Virus record (IMG/VR): IMGVR_UViG_2513237213_000006
Location: 8,894-72,893 of that record
Reading direction: 5' to 3' (one strand)
Length of the DNA stretch: 64,000 nt
Source of the DNA: a virus
Lineage: Duplodnaviria > Caudoviricetes
Shown in pieces: positions 1 to 10,428 of this stretch. The stretch's first letter is position 1. Each line of letters starts with the position of its first letter. The notes beneath the pieces are model-generated. The model was not told the origin of the DNA. It searched no databases and was given only the letters and a program-made list of their open reading frames with translations. Made by a program: the position numbers and the translations under genes.

Positions 1-1186
1 ACAAAGAAAATGTATACAGATAATAATTATCAATTAGCAAGTATGGCGGGATGACGGCTTATAGTAGGGTATAAACGATAATAAATGTAATACAAGCAAT
101 AGAAAATACAAGATAAAATAAAAATAATAGAATAGTATGACAATTGATAGGTAGGTGGTAGAATAGAAATATTTGACACAATAGAAAATGCAAGAACAAT
201 AAGAAAAACGATAATAGAAATCTGATAACATAATACAATTAAATTGCATACAACTGAATGTTTGCAGCTTGTCGATTTGTATAGATAAATAAAGGGAGAA
301 TGATTATCGAGATAACAAAATATAATTGCACACAATGAAAATAAAATATAAATTTTTTTGCGCGTATTATAGCAAATTTTGTTGTAACAGAACAGGGCAC
401 AAGACAAAACAAGAAAAGGGCGTGACCACTATATAAAGACAAAATACGGCGAACGTCCTGCATAAAACCATGTAAATAGCGTATAGCCTTAGAGCCGCAA
501 GGGTTCATGGTGTTTCTATTGCGTAAAATACGGAGTGACGAGCAAGGCAAATCGAAAACACTTGTAATGCACGATATATAAGGGCTGAGCGGGATTTTAA
601 GGACAGTTTAAAAAACAGTATACGACAAAACAATTATACATGTGCTTGTATAAAATTACACGACCTATATAGCATGTAATATCTATTCCGCGACCGTGTT
701 ACGTGTTGGTGTTCCATTGTTTCAAAGTAACAGGTACACGGGGCAATTTTTCACAAACCTATTGGACACAACAGAACAGGCTTCGCCCCCTTTGATTGGT
801 TCATGCATCTTGGCCATATTTTTATTTTTTTCAATCCAAATCGGAGAAACTGTCATTAGCTCCAACAGTGCGACCAGGGCAGCTCCATTGATGTGATTGG
901 CCGGAGGGCAGTTTTTGATATGCCTGTTTTTGTTTATATTTTTATATTGTCAGGGAGATTTTGCGGCAAAAATTTTTCTATATCCCTATATATTCGATTG
1001 TATACAATTAAATTTATTAGCTGAAAAAGCGGCGTTTCATCCAGCATCTATGCGGTGTTACAGGCTCGTCGGGAAATCTTGTTACAGCTGATACAAGTTT
1101 GTTCCGGCCCGGCGTTTGGACAGAAATATTTTGATTTGGGCGTTGGAAAGTGTCGATTTTCACTGTAGGTAAAAAGTAGAGAGAGT

Positions 1187-1534
1187 TTGCGTCGCGTTCA
1201 TCAGGAGGGAGGTGGATGTATGGGGGCAAATATTGTGACTGGCTGGCAGTTGGTAAGCTACGCTATCAAATCGGGTAAGGTAAGTCATTCGGCGGCGGTT
1301 TTGTTGTTTGTTTTGATTGATAAGTGGAACGCACTTCACAGGCCGTTTAGCTTGAATATGACCAATGCTGCGCTTATGCAGATGGCTCATTTTGGCAGTC
1401 ATGTTTCTTTGGACAAGGCGAAGCACGAACTGGAGGCCACTGGGTTTATCGTCATCAAGGCAAGCAAGAAGCGGTTCGGGACGGAGTATAAGATCTGTTT
1501 TGGGGCATGGCCGGGAATGGCTGATGGTGTCTGA
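1187..1534 (+). CDS. Winged-helix protein resembling the N-terminal domain of phage replication initiators; possibly truncated
   Basis: GGAGG SD before the internal ATG (MGANIV...); 'LLFVLIDKWN...TNAALMQ...LDKAKHELEATGFI' pattern. Confidence 0.5.
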   Translation: MRRVHQEGGGCMGANIVTGWQLVSYAIKSGKVSHSAAVLLFVLIDKWNALHRPFSLNMTNAALMQMAHFGSHVSLDKAKHELEATGFIVIKASKKRFGTEYKICFGAWPGMADGV

Positions 1535-2052
1535 ATCAGACCAACAACAGAAGAGTATTATATTTATCTAATACTAACGTATTATCTAAATATAAAGGTG
1601 AGTGGGTTCTTCAAAGGTGAATCCTTCCGATTTGGCAATCGGTTCAGGCAAAGCCTGAATGTCTTGCAAGCAAGCCAACCTTCGGTCTTTTAGTTTTCTC
1701 TTTTCTCTCCACATCGGAGGAATGGTCAGGCAAAAAGAGAGCAGCGCGAGGCTGGCGCCGGGCATGGATAAGCCTTTCCGATTTGGTGACCATCGCGAAT
1801 AAGTGGTATTGATGACCTGCCACGGTCTGAAATTGCCGTATAAGCGGCTGTTTCTCATATTGGTTTTGTGCAATCAAAAAAGTGACCGCGAGAAACGCCG
1901 TCTAAGGCCGTTGAAAAAGGAAACGCATATAAACTATCGCATCGGAGTGTAAAAGGCGGCTACGCCGCGAATAGAGCCGTTAGGCTTAATTTCTCCGATT
2001 TGCAATAAAAATTACCCGCAATGGTGGCTTAGATGGCCAACATGGGGGGAAT

Positions 2053-2379
2053 ATGGTGCAGGCAACTGCCAAACCATACATGAAGGAGGTGGAAAATATG
2101 TATATCCCAGTCAAAGAACAGGAAACTGTTATTCAGATTGACCGCACTGGCGACATTGCTCGGGTGTATTCCACGGATGCAACCATGATCTGCAAGCTGG
2201 ACAAAAAATATGAGCGATACCAAGTCCACAAGCAGAACAGGAAAATCGTTGGTGTCGAGTATCGCGTTGATAAGCGGCTTCTTTCGTGGCGGTCTGCTCC
2301 GGCTGTAAGTCACATGACGGACGAGCAGAAAAAGGCTGCAGGGGAGCGATTGAAAAAAGCTCGGCAAAAGAAGAAGTAA
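2053..2379 (+). CDS. Hypothetical phage protein
   Basis: AAGGAGG SD before MYIPVK; basic C-terminus; clean ORF. Confidence 0.65.
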   Translation: MVQATAKPYMKEVENMYIPVKEQETVIQIDRTGDIARVYSTDATMICKLDKKYERYQVHKQNRKIVGVEYRVDKRLLSWRSAPAVSHMTDEQKKAAGERLKKARQKKK

Positions 2380-2672
2380 AGCATCGATTCTAAGCCCGAT
2401 TTTCTACACCGCACGGTGTACCTGACATCTGAGCACTATCAGGTGCGATAACTTATTAGGGAGTCCATCTAAACGCACTGAACTCAAAATTTACCAAACA
2501 GGCCGTGAAGCCACATCGCAGTAGGGCTTACGGCTATTTTGTTTGCTGTTTTTGTGTTTTTTTGTAATTTTTTTTGAGATTTTTCCATTTCAGCCTCTGA
2601 AAATGTCGAATCTCACTATGAGTAATATATGGGGGGATAAATTTAGAGTCCTCCTAGAAAGGGGGCTGGCAC

Positions 2673-3218
2673 ATGGCAGGACAGTCCAAGATTGATAAAC
2701 TGGGGCTGGGAGCCAAGGTTCTCGCCCTTCGACAAGACCTCACCTGTGAAGAGATTGCCGACGAGATCAACAATCGGTATCTTCCTGCAGGTGCAGAGCC
2801 TGTCAACAAAATGACGATTTCGAGATACTGTACTTCCCACGGTATGACTGATATGAACCGAAACGACATTTCCAAGAGCGTCACCAACTTTGATGCGCTG
2901 GGCGAAGCCTGTAAGGTTAGGGACAGACTGGTCAAGCGCACCAACAAAATGGAGCGATTCCTCGATGAAATCAAAGAGGATGAGGAAAAGTTGTCGGAGT
3001 ATGCAAGTATCAATAACGCATACCTGAACTGCTTACGACAGTTGAATGACCTCAATGAGTCGGTATCGAAAATCCAAAAAGAACAGCTGGGAATGAGCAA
3101 AGTGCGTCAGGTTTTGGGAGTAGTCCTGACAACGCTGAACAAGTACCCATCTGTTCGAGCAGAGATTTTTGAGCAGCTTCGCAATTCGGAAGTATACGAA
3201 ACCATCAGAGCAATTTAG
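2673..3218 (+). CDS. Terminase small subunit-like (N-terminal HTH plus coiled coil)
   Basis: Directly upstream of terL; HTH-like start and helical body. Confidence 0.6.
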   Translation: MAGQSKIDKLGLGAKVLALRQDLTCEEIADEINNRYLPAGAEPVNKMTISRYCTSHGMTDMNRNDISKSVTNFDALGEACKVRDRLVKRTNKMERFLDEIKEDEEKLSEYASINNAYLNCLRQLNDLNESVSKIQKEQLGMSKVRQVLGVVLTTLNKYPSVRAEIFEQLRNSEVYETIRAI

Positions 3219-3226
3219 AGGTATTC

Positions 3227-4855
3227 ATGGCAAAGAAAAATCAGCTTAGATTCTTTGATGAACTTGCTGAGGCTATGGATAAGACCTCGAAAAAGGGGAA
3301 TGGCACAGAAGCATTGCGGGTGCGGGTTCGGGACTGCGCCACATCACTGGAACTGTTTGCGAAAACCTATTTCCCGGATGTTTTTACATCTGAGTTCTCC
3401 GAACTGCACAAAGAAATTTTCAAATCAGCGGAGGAAATGATTTTAAGGCGTAAACGCCGGAAGAATTACTATGTACGAGCCGCTCCGCGTGGCCACGGCA
3501 AAAGTCAGGTAATCAGCTACCTGTTGATTATTTGGTGCATTTGCTATAAGTACAAACAGAATATTCTACTCGTTTCTGATACGCTCGACCAGGCCAAGTC
3601 CTTCATTTCTGCCATTAAGACAGAACTGGAAGAAAATGAGCGTATTAAAGCCGACTTCGGCGACTTATCCTCTGAGGAGAAATGGGCACAGGACAAAATC
3701 ATCACATCCAACAAAGTTCAGGTTTATGGGCGCGGTGCTGGGCAGAAATTGCGCGGTAACAAATACGGCTCTATTCGCCCCGAGTTGGTCATCATTGACG
3801 ATCTCGAGAACGATGAAGCTGTTGAAACTGAGGCACAACGCCGCAAACTATTCAACTGGTTTATGAAAGCCCTGCTGCCAGTAGGAACGCCGACCACCGA
3901 CTATATCTTTATCGGGACAGTTTTGCATTATGAAGCATTACTGCAAAAGTTACTTACAGAGCCAACCTTCTCGATGTGGGACAGAAAGCGGTATCAGGCG
4001 GTCACAAAGTTTTCTGATTCTCCCTTGTGGGATGAATGGGAAACTATCATGCTGGACGAAAACAACGATAACGCTGGCGAGGATGCTTACAAGTTCTACA
4101 AAAAGAACAGAGCGGAAATGCTAGAGGGCGTTGAGAGTCTATGGCCTGCAAGCGGTGCTGACTACTACGAAAACATGATGGAGCTTAGGGTGTCAGATCC
4201 TAGTTCCTTCGCGTCCGAGTATCAGAATGAACCGATTGATCCCTCGCAAGCAGAATTTTTGCCGGAATGGTTTGATTATTACTATGAACTTCCTGAAATT
4301 GTGGAGGTTTATGGTGCGTGTGATCCATCTTTGGGTAAAGCGAAATCAGACCGAGCGGCAATCATTTGGGCTGGCAAGGATAAGCAAGGCTACCTTTACA
4401 TACTGGATGTGCTAATGGGAAGGTATAAACCTGACCGAATCATTGACCTCATTATTGCAGGTTCTATGAAATATCAAAGCCACCTGAAAAGTGTGGTCAT
4501 TGAAACAGTACAATTTCAGGCTATGTTCAAGGACGAGGTGGCCAAGCGTGGACTCAATGCGGGTATTCAAATTCCCATAACTGAGTTTAACGACAAAACC
4601 CCGAAAGAGGTTAGACTGCGCGGCCTTATCCCGCGTATCAAAAATAAATATATCAAATTCCGCAAAGACCAAACGGTGCTTGTAAATGAGTTCCTGCGGT
4701 TTCCAAAAGCGTCTGATGACGGCATGGATGCGGTAAATATGATTTGCTCTGCGGCTTTTCCGGTAACAGGGCAGAAACTTGTTTTTGGAGGTATATCCTC
4801 TAATATTAGACCAAAATTCAACCCGATGGGGGGTATATTCGCCAGATGGAGATAA
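3227..4855 (+). CDS. terL: Terminase large subunit
   Basis: Walker A 'APRGHGKS', Walker B 'LVIIDDLE', coupling motif 'IGT', nuclease 'GACDPS' and 'DDGMDA'. Confidence 0.95.
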   Translation: MAKKNQLRFFDELAEAMDKTSKKGNGTEALRVRVRDCATSLELFAKTYFPDVFTSEFSELHKEIFKSAEEMILRRKRRKNYYVRAAPRGHGKSQVISYLLIIWCICYKYKQNILLVSDTLDQAKSFISAIKTELEENERIKADFGDLSSEEKWAQDKIITSNKVQVYGRGAGQKLRGNKYGSIRPELVIIDDLENDEAVETEAQRRKLFNWFMKALLPVGTPTTDYIFIGTVLHYEALLQKLLTEPTFSMWDRKRYQAVTKFSDSPLWDEWETIMLDENNDNAGEDAYKFYKKNRAEMLEGVESLWPASGADYYENMMELRVSDPSSFASEYQNEPIDPSQAEFLPEWFDYYYELPEIVEVYGACDPSLGKAKSDRAAIIWAGKDKQGYLYILDVLMGRYKPDRIIDLIIAGSMKYQSHLKSVVIETVQFQAMFKDEVAKRGLNAGIQIPITEFNDKTPKEVRLRGLIPRIKNKYIKFRKDQTVLVNEFLRFPKASDDGMDAVNMICSAAFPVTGQKLVFGGISSNIRPKFNPMGGIFARWR

Positions 4856-6165
4856 AGGCATTTGGCAGGGTGTTTCAAATGAGATTCGGCAAGCACTCGG
4901 ACAGGGAGACGCGCTCAACGATTTTTGCGTTCGCGCAGACTGTTCCTAAAGCGTCAACGCCGAAACCCACAGAGAGAATGCTCCGAGATTTTTCTCGTTC
5001 TGCTATCCCTCACCGTGCGATTTCCCTTATCCGGGACGGTGTACTCGCACAGAATTGGAGGGTAGTACCTGCGAAAGCAGGTGATGGCCGGTCTTATAAA
5101 CAGGCTATCAGGGCGATTGAGAACATTATCAAGCACCCTAATGAAACAGACGATTACAGAACCTTTTGGGGACAGATTGTAAACGAAACATTGATAGGGG
5201 ACAACGGTGCTGCAGAGATTGTTTTTACAGGCAATCCGACACAGCCCATGAAACTTTATCCTGTCAATGGCTTTTCGCTGGAGTATTGCCACGGATTCTT
5301 TGAAAATCCGAAGCAGCCGCGATTCTGCCAGCGTCAAAATCAGTACAATCCTGTCTATCTTTATGACGAAGATGTTCTGTATATCCAACATAATAAAACA
5401 ACCGACAGTGCTTTTGGATTGTCCCCGCTGGAGTCAGCGTATCGGCAGTTAATGGCACTGGGTTCGGCAGAAGAATACGCCGCTTTGCAGGCTTCACAGG
5501 CCATGCCCCGAAATGCCTTAAACTTGGGTGAGGGCGTGTCCGAGAATGATCTGAAAGCGTTCCGAAAATACTTTGCCGAAGAGGTTTATGGTAGCGGTCG
5601 TTCCCCGATTATCGGCGGCACAAAAGGTGCGGGGAGTCTTAAAATTGGTGCTGAAGGTGACTCTGAACTGTTCCTCGAATGGCAGAAACACCTCATTACC
5701 ATTATTGCCCTGTCGTTCGGCATCGATCCGAAGAAGCTGGGGCAAGGCTCTAACACTGACCGCTCAACCGTTGAAGAACAGAATGAGTCTATGCAGAACG
5801 AGGCTATTCGCCCCATTTGCTTACTGATTCAGGACGCTATCAACGAAAAAATCATTCGCCGTTTGGGACTGTCCGATGCGGTAAAATTCGAGTTCTACTA
5901 CGAAGATACGCACGACCAAAAGATGAAAGCCCAGCAAATAATCGTAGACCAATGGAACACCAACGCCTTAACCTTTGCGGAATACCGCGAGAAACTAGGC
6001 TTACCCTATATTGACAGCCCATACAACGACATGACTCAGGCCGAGATGAAATCTGCTTTGAACAAAAAATACGCAGTTCAAACAGGCGGTTTTAATGGCG
6101 TGGGTAAAAACCAAAAAGATGGAGTTGACAAAAAGACCAATGGAGAAAAAAACACAAAGTCTTAG
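4846..6165 (+). CDS. Portal protein
   Basis: 439 aa after terL; 'GLSPLE' and 'IALSFGIDP' portal-type motifs. Confidence 0.9.
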   Translation: MEIKAFGRVFQMRFGKHSDRETRSTIFAFAQTVPKASTPKPTERMLRDFSRSAIPHRAISLIRDGVLAQNWRVVPAKAGDGRSYKQAIRAIENIIKHPNETDDYRTFWGQIVNETLIGDNGAAEIVFTGNPTQPMKLYPVNGFSLEYCHGFFENPKQPRFCQRQNQYNPVYLYDEDVLYIQHNKTTDSAFGLSPLESAYRQLMALGSAEEYAALQASQAMPRNALNLGEGVSENDLKAFRKYFAEEVYGSGRSPIIGGTKGAGSLKIGAEGDSELFLEWQKHLITIIALSFGIDPKKLGQGSNTDRSTVEEQNESMQNEAIRPICLLIQDAINEKIIRRLGLSDAVKFEFYYEDTHDQKMKAQQIIVDQWNTNALTFAEYREKLGLPYIDSPYNDMTQAEMKSALNKKYAVQTGGFNGVGKNQKDGVDKKTNGEKNTKS

Positions 6166-7123
6166 TGTAATCAGCTTCTCTTCCATGCAAGATGCGAGTA
6201 ATCCCGATGTACTACCGTTTGAGGCAGTCCTGGGGTATGTAGATACTCCTACGGACGCAACGCCCTGCGGCGGTTATAGTGGTTACAAAACTACGCTTAG
6301 TTCTGAAAATATTGACCTTGATTCCCTCGTGGGTAGCGGTGTCAATGTCTGCTGGTCTTACTGGCCGGAAGATAATATGACTCGGCACAACCCGCGTTTT
6401 AAGGTTGGAGTAATCGATGCTGCCGAATTGGACGGTACGGCAATTAAGGCAAAAGGGCACCTGTGGAAATCTGATTTTCCCGATGTGTGCGAGGTCGTGG
6501 AAAACGCCAAAGACAGCCTCGGTTTCTCTGTCGAAGTATATTCTGACGGAATTAAGATAGACCACAGCGAGAAAAACGCAACTTGCTTGGGAGTCCATTT
6601 TACTGGGGCTTCTATTCTGTATAAGTCGAAAGCGGCTTTTCAGAAAACCAAAATCATGTGCTCTATCATGGGCAACGAAAAGGAGATTGACGAAGTGAAC
6701 GAAGAAGTACAGAAAGCTCTTGACGAGCAGAATAAGGCTTTTGAAGAAAAGTTCGGTGCTCTCAATGAAACGGTTGGTAAGCTGACCGCAGCAGTTGAAA
6801 AGCTCTCTGCAAAGCCTGAAGAAAAGGAACCCGAACAGAAGGACGAGCCGCAGGCTATGGATTTTTCTGCTATGACGGATGCCATCAAGTCTGCAATCGC
6901 TGACGGTTTCAAGGCACAGAATTTCGGTGTACAGGAAAAGGCTCCGGAAGGTCGTAAGACTGAACAGAACCCCGGCACGGAAAAACAGCTGGATAACCAC
7001 GAAAAAACGGCTATGGAACTTTCCGCAGAAGTTCAGAAGGATGACAGCCTGACTCCCGCTCAGAAGTGGAGCAAGCAGCTGAGCATTTGGAACGAACATC
7101 GCGACGAGTTCGAGTCTAAGTAA
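6095..7123 (+). CDS. Prohead protease/scaffold protein (start probably ATG 6140)
   Basis: Between portal and capsid; 'GHLW...LGFSVE' protease-like N-domain and a charged coiled-coil C-terminus. Confidence 0.75.
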   Translation: MAWVKTKKMELTKRPMEKKTQSLSVISFSSMQDASNPDVLPFEAVLGYVDTPTDATPCGGYSGYKTTLSSENIDLDSLVGSGVNVCWSYWPEDNMTRHNPRFKVGVIDAAELDGTAIKAKGHLWKSDFPDVCEVVENAKDSLGFSVEVYSDGIKIDHSEKNATCLGVHFTGASILYKSKAAFQKTKIMCSIMGNEKEIDEVNEEVQKALDEQNKAFEEKFGALNETVGKLTAAVEKLSAKPEEKEPEQKDEPQAMDFSAMTDAIKSAIADGFKAQNFGVQEKAPEGRKTEQNPGTEKQLDNHEKTAMELSAEVQKDDSLTPAQKWSKQLSIWNEHRDEFESK

Positions 7124-7447
7124 TTAGGCAAACAAAGGGTAGGGGTTATTTATTAGGTGCACGCCTCAGCCCTGTGGAGGTTTTGATACAACTCCATGAA
7201 CTGAAAAAATAAAAACACCTAGTCGTGTGAGCAAAGAGAAACGAGACTCTTTCCATCACTTTTCTCATGGGTGTTCCGTCTTATCGTGGATGTTGAAAAA
7301 TCCCGCTAAGTATCTATAAGCGTTGTGGAAATACTTGTTCTTATCCAAGAGGTGTAAAACACTGCTCCGATAAAGAGGTATGGTAGTTGATTCCGAATAC
7401 TACTCACGAAAGATAAAACATGAGAGCCGCTTTTGCGGTCTTTTTTT
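7124..7447 (+). ncRNA. Candidate structured RNA between scaffold and capsid genes
   Basis: No ORF; nested stems TGGAG/CTCCA, AACACC/GGTGTT, AAAGAG/CTCTTT, TTATCG/CGATAA, AAGTAT/ATACTT, GTAGT/ACTAC. Confidence 0.45.
7424..7447 (+). terminator. Rho-independent terminator upstream of the capsid gene
   Basis: GAGCCGC-TTTT-GCGGTC followed by a T-run. Confidence 0.65.
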
Positions 7448-7480
7448 ATGCGATTTTTTATTTCAAAGGAGAAAAAATAA

Positions 7481-8482
7481 ATGGAACGTCTTTTTAACGG
7501 CGTAAGCCGTCAGATGAGTTTCGGCGCAGTAACTGCTGACTATATCGGCACTGGTGCTATCCATGTACCTGTTTTCGATAAGCCGATTCTCGACAACACC
7601 CGCAAGCGTGGTGTACTGCTTCAGCGTGTACCTGTAAAGGCAGCAACCGGCCACCCGACCCGCTATTTCGAGAAGGAGCCGCATGACAGCAAGCACCAGT
7701 TCATCAATCCTCGCAACATTGACCACAACCTCGATACGACTCTGGACTACACGGAAAAAAGTGCTCTCGTGCGTGGTTTGGTCGATGGTATCACGTTCTC
7801 CAAGTTCGACCGCGAGGTGTACTACGATTCCCAAGGCGCTGGCTTTGGTGACCTGCAGGCTGATGCCCTGAATGAAATGGTTACGGATATGCTGGATGCC
7901 CAAGACCGCGCTGTGTGGACTGGTAACGCAACCGACCTGATGGACACCAAGAACCCCGAGTATTGCTCTGTTCTCACTCAGGTTAAAAAGAAGGGCACGA
8001 TTGCTAAGGACTCCCGCATTGTTCTCGGTATCATTCAGAACGTGGCTGAACTGATGTACAACAAAAAGTACAATGTTCGCCCCAGCGCCATCTACATGAA
8101 CCCGCTGGATAAGGCATTGCTCGACGAACAAGAAATGCTGGAGAAGGACAAGCTCAAGACTTTCACGATGGAAGTCGTTCCCGGCATTAAGGTAGACGCT
8201 ATTATGACTGCTGCTGGCATCCTGCCCATCATCTGCGACATCTACTGCCCGGTCGGCAAGATTCTCGTTGTTGATGAGAAACAGCTCGAACGTCGTTATG
8301 TGGCCTCTGCTGCACCGCGTGTGTACCAGCTGGGCACGGAAAAAGACCTCGCAACCCGCTTTATCGCTGTTCTGTTCGATACGTTCATCGTTAAGGCTGG
8401 CGAGTATGGCCACAAGGTCATCACCATCGAAGGCCGCACCGAGGAAACTGTTACTCCGGCACAAGCTGCTGCTGGTAACTAA
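7481..8482 (+). CDS. Major capsid protein
   Basis: 333 aa, AAGGAG SD, strongly biased codon use, position in head module. Confidence 0.85.
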   Translation: MERLFNGVSRQMSFGAVTADYIGTGAIHVPVFDKPILDNTRKRGVLLQRVPVKAATGHPTRYFEKEPHDSKHQFINPRNIDHNLDTTLDYTEKSALVRGLVDGITFSKFDREVYYDSQGAGFGDLQADALNEMVTDMLDAQDRAVWTGNATDLMDTKNPEYCSVLTQVKKKGTIAKDSRIVLGIIQNVAELMYNKKYNVRPSAIYMNPLDKALLDEQEMLEKDKLKTFTMEVVPGIKVDAIMTAAGILPIICDIYCPVGKILVVDEKQLERRYVASAAPRVYQLGTEKDLATRFIAVLFDTFIVKAGEYGHKVITIEGRTEETVTPAQAAAGN

Positions 8483-8487
8483 GATTA

Positions 8488-8530
8488 GTAAACAGGCTGG
8501 CTCTTCCCGATAGGGAGGGGCTGGCTTTTG
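8488..8530 (+). terminator. Terminator after capsid gene
   Basis: CTCTTCCC-GATA-GGGAGGG stem and downstream T-run. Confidence 0.55.
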
Positions 8531-8551
8531 TTACTGAAAAGGGGTGTATAA

Positions 8552-8719
8552 ATGGCAAGAAAGAAAAAGGAAGAAATCACGGAAGATGGTTATGTAAACA
8601 TCGTTGATGGAGTGCATAGCATTACGCTGAAACACCGTACAATTCACTGTCCGAATGGCGTTGCTTATGTGACACCCGAGGAAAAGGAAACTATCAAGGC
8701 TATGGGGCTGATTAAATGA
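8552..8719 (+). CDS. Small hypothetical head-associated protein (55 aa, MARKKKEEITEDG...)
   Basis: Read by hand; GGGG SD; stop overlaps the next ATG (ATGA). Confidence 0.7.
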   Translation: MARKKKEEITEDGYVNIVDGVHSITLKHRTIHCPNGVAYVTPEEKETIKAMGLIK

Positions 8720-9291
8720 ACTGCTATCTGACGGAACAGGAGTTATTGCCGTATCAGAACATCATGGATGAACTCACGATGGAAGATGCGCAAATGGCTT
8801 CAAGTCTGATTGACGGTTATTTAGGACGGTCTTTCGCTTTATCGCAGTTCACAGACCGCATTAAATTGCGGAAGGGCAGAGGAAAACTCAGTCATTCGCC
8901 TGTGGCGAGTGTAGACAAGGTGGTGGGAGTTTCCCGCTCCATGTTTGGCAAGGTGAAGTCCGAAATGTCCCCTGAAGTGATTGATCTTGATCCCGAAATG
9001 GATGGTTATTTCACGCTCGAGAATGATTCAACAGACCTGACGGCAATGGTATTCAACACAGTTCCCGAAATGCTGCTTGTTACCTATACCAGCGGTTTTG
9101 CTGAGTATCCTCAACGACTGAAAGACGCTTGCGGGATGCTTGCTTGCAACATTCGTCAGGCAAAATCCTTCGCTGGGGCAAAGCAATTAACCTCTTTGGA
9201 CTTTCAGGTGCTTATGACGGATGATAGCTTCTTTACATCTGACATAAAACTGCTTTTGAAAGGGCTGAGTTACGATGTTCGCAATGTTTAA
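8716..9291 (+). CDS. Head-tail connector/adaptor
   Basis: 'YLTEQE...ASSLIDGYLGR...YTSGF...LKDAC' connector pattern; position. Confidence 0.7.
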   Translation: MNCYLTEQELLPYQNIMDELTMEDAQMASSLIDGYLGRSFALSQFTDRIKLRKGRGKLSHSPVASVDKVVGVSRSMFGKVKSEMSPEVIDLDPEMDGYFTLENDSTDLTAMVFNTVPEMLLVTYTSGFAEYPQRLKDACGMLACNIRQAKSFAGAKQLTSLDFQVLMTDDSFFTSDIKLLLKGLSYDVRNV

Positions 9292-9847
9292 TCGGTTCAA
9301 AACACCCATCAACATATACGGCAAAGAGCCGGAAAAGGCTGTTTTTGCTCGTGTGGGCAAGACTGGCTCATCCAATTTCAAATCCAATTTTGTGTATTCT
9401 GTCCTGCTTTCCGAAAAGACGAAACTGGAGAACGGCGATATTTTTACGGCAAAGACAGGTCTGCAGAAAAAAGAAAGCACATTTCTCGTTATATCGGTAC
9501 GCCGCGCTGACGAGTCAATCCAAGCAACGGTATACAGGTGTAATGGTGTGGCCGATATTTACCGCGCAACACCCGAGTATGATGAGTTCGACCAGGTCAT
9601 TGGCAATACCATAAAACTGGTTGATTCCGTAGCTGTAAACCATACTACAGTCAATGCCCAAATGCGACTACTGAACGCTGGCTTGTTGCCTAGCACTACA
9701 AAGGAATTTCGGATGCCCAAATGCGACATCAAAGAAATGGACAGGATTATTCTCGATGGGGAAAAATACTGCGTAGATGCTATCGACAAGACCAAATTTG
9801 ATGGTCTACTGGCGGTTCAGACTTCTAACGACAACAGAACGCTGTGA
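9275..9847 (+). CDS. Head-closure/neck protein
   Basis: Position; overlapping gene junctions. Confidence 0.5.
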   Translation: MFAMFNRFKTPINIYGKEPEKAVFARVGKTGSSNFKSNFVYSVLLSEKTKLENGDIFTAKTGLQKKESTFLVISVRRADESIQATVYRCNGVADIYRATPEYDEFDQVIGNTIKLVDSVAVNHTTVNAQMRLLNAGLLPSTTKEFRMPKCDIKEMDRIILDGEKYCVDAIDKTKFDGLLAVQTSNDNRTL

Positions 9848-10428
9848 GGAAGGACTACCAAAAGCACCTCCTGAACAAAATGCGGAAGATCCTCCGTAAA
9901 TACTGCAGGTTGGCTTGTGATGAAGTCCGGCAACAGTGGGGAGCATTGGACACGATTGATGGTGAAGCAGCCATCGAACAAAAAGAACTGGAGATAACGC
10001 AAGATACGGTGGCTAGAGCCTTGTGCGCTTATGGGCAGAAAGCATGGATAGCCGAGTTTGGTAAGGGTTCGCTGATGGACAAGTCCACAGAGGAAAATCC
10101 TTTCCTGCAAGATTACCTGCGCAACAATCCTGATGTGAACTGGGACAGAATGGCCCACAATATGGCTGTTGTCGGTAGACCGTATGGTTACTATTCCGAC
10201 ATTGACGGCAATAAGCATTTTTCCCACGGCACATTAAAGGGTGTTCCCATCGAAACATGGTACGGCCAGCCGTTGTTTACTCCGATTCGGGGAAAGCACA
10301 TTATCAGCAATATCCTCGAAAAAAGCGGCCTGATTGATGAAATGAACGAAGAAATACAGACCGCAGTCATGGATATTTTGTATGAGCTAGTGGGCAGGTT
10401 CCCAAAGGAGATAAAAATTGTTAAGTAG
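9844..10428 (+). CDS. Neck/tail-completion protein (HK97 gp10-like)
   Basis: 'AWIAEFGKGS' resembles the gp10-like 'EFGT' motif; position. Confidence 0.55.
   Translation: MRKDYQKHLLNKMRKILRKYCRLACDEVRQQWGALDTIDGEAAIEQKELEITQDTVARALCAYGQKAWIAEFGKGSLMDKSTEENPFLQDYLRNNPDVNWDRMAHNMAVVGRPYGYYSDIDGNKHFSHGTLKGVPIETWYGQPLFTPIRGKHIISNILEKSGLIDEMNEEIQTAVMDILYELVGRFPKEIKIVK

Noticed and set aside
1586-1877. Minus-strand ORFs 1586-1873 and 1644-1877
   Set aside because: Two overlapping frames with no recognisable motif; cannot choose between them or support either
6212-8464. Long minus-strand ORFs (6212-7099, 7463-8464, also 10780-11532)
   Set aside because: Antisense shadows of codon-biased structural genes; no SD or motifs
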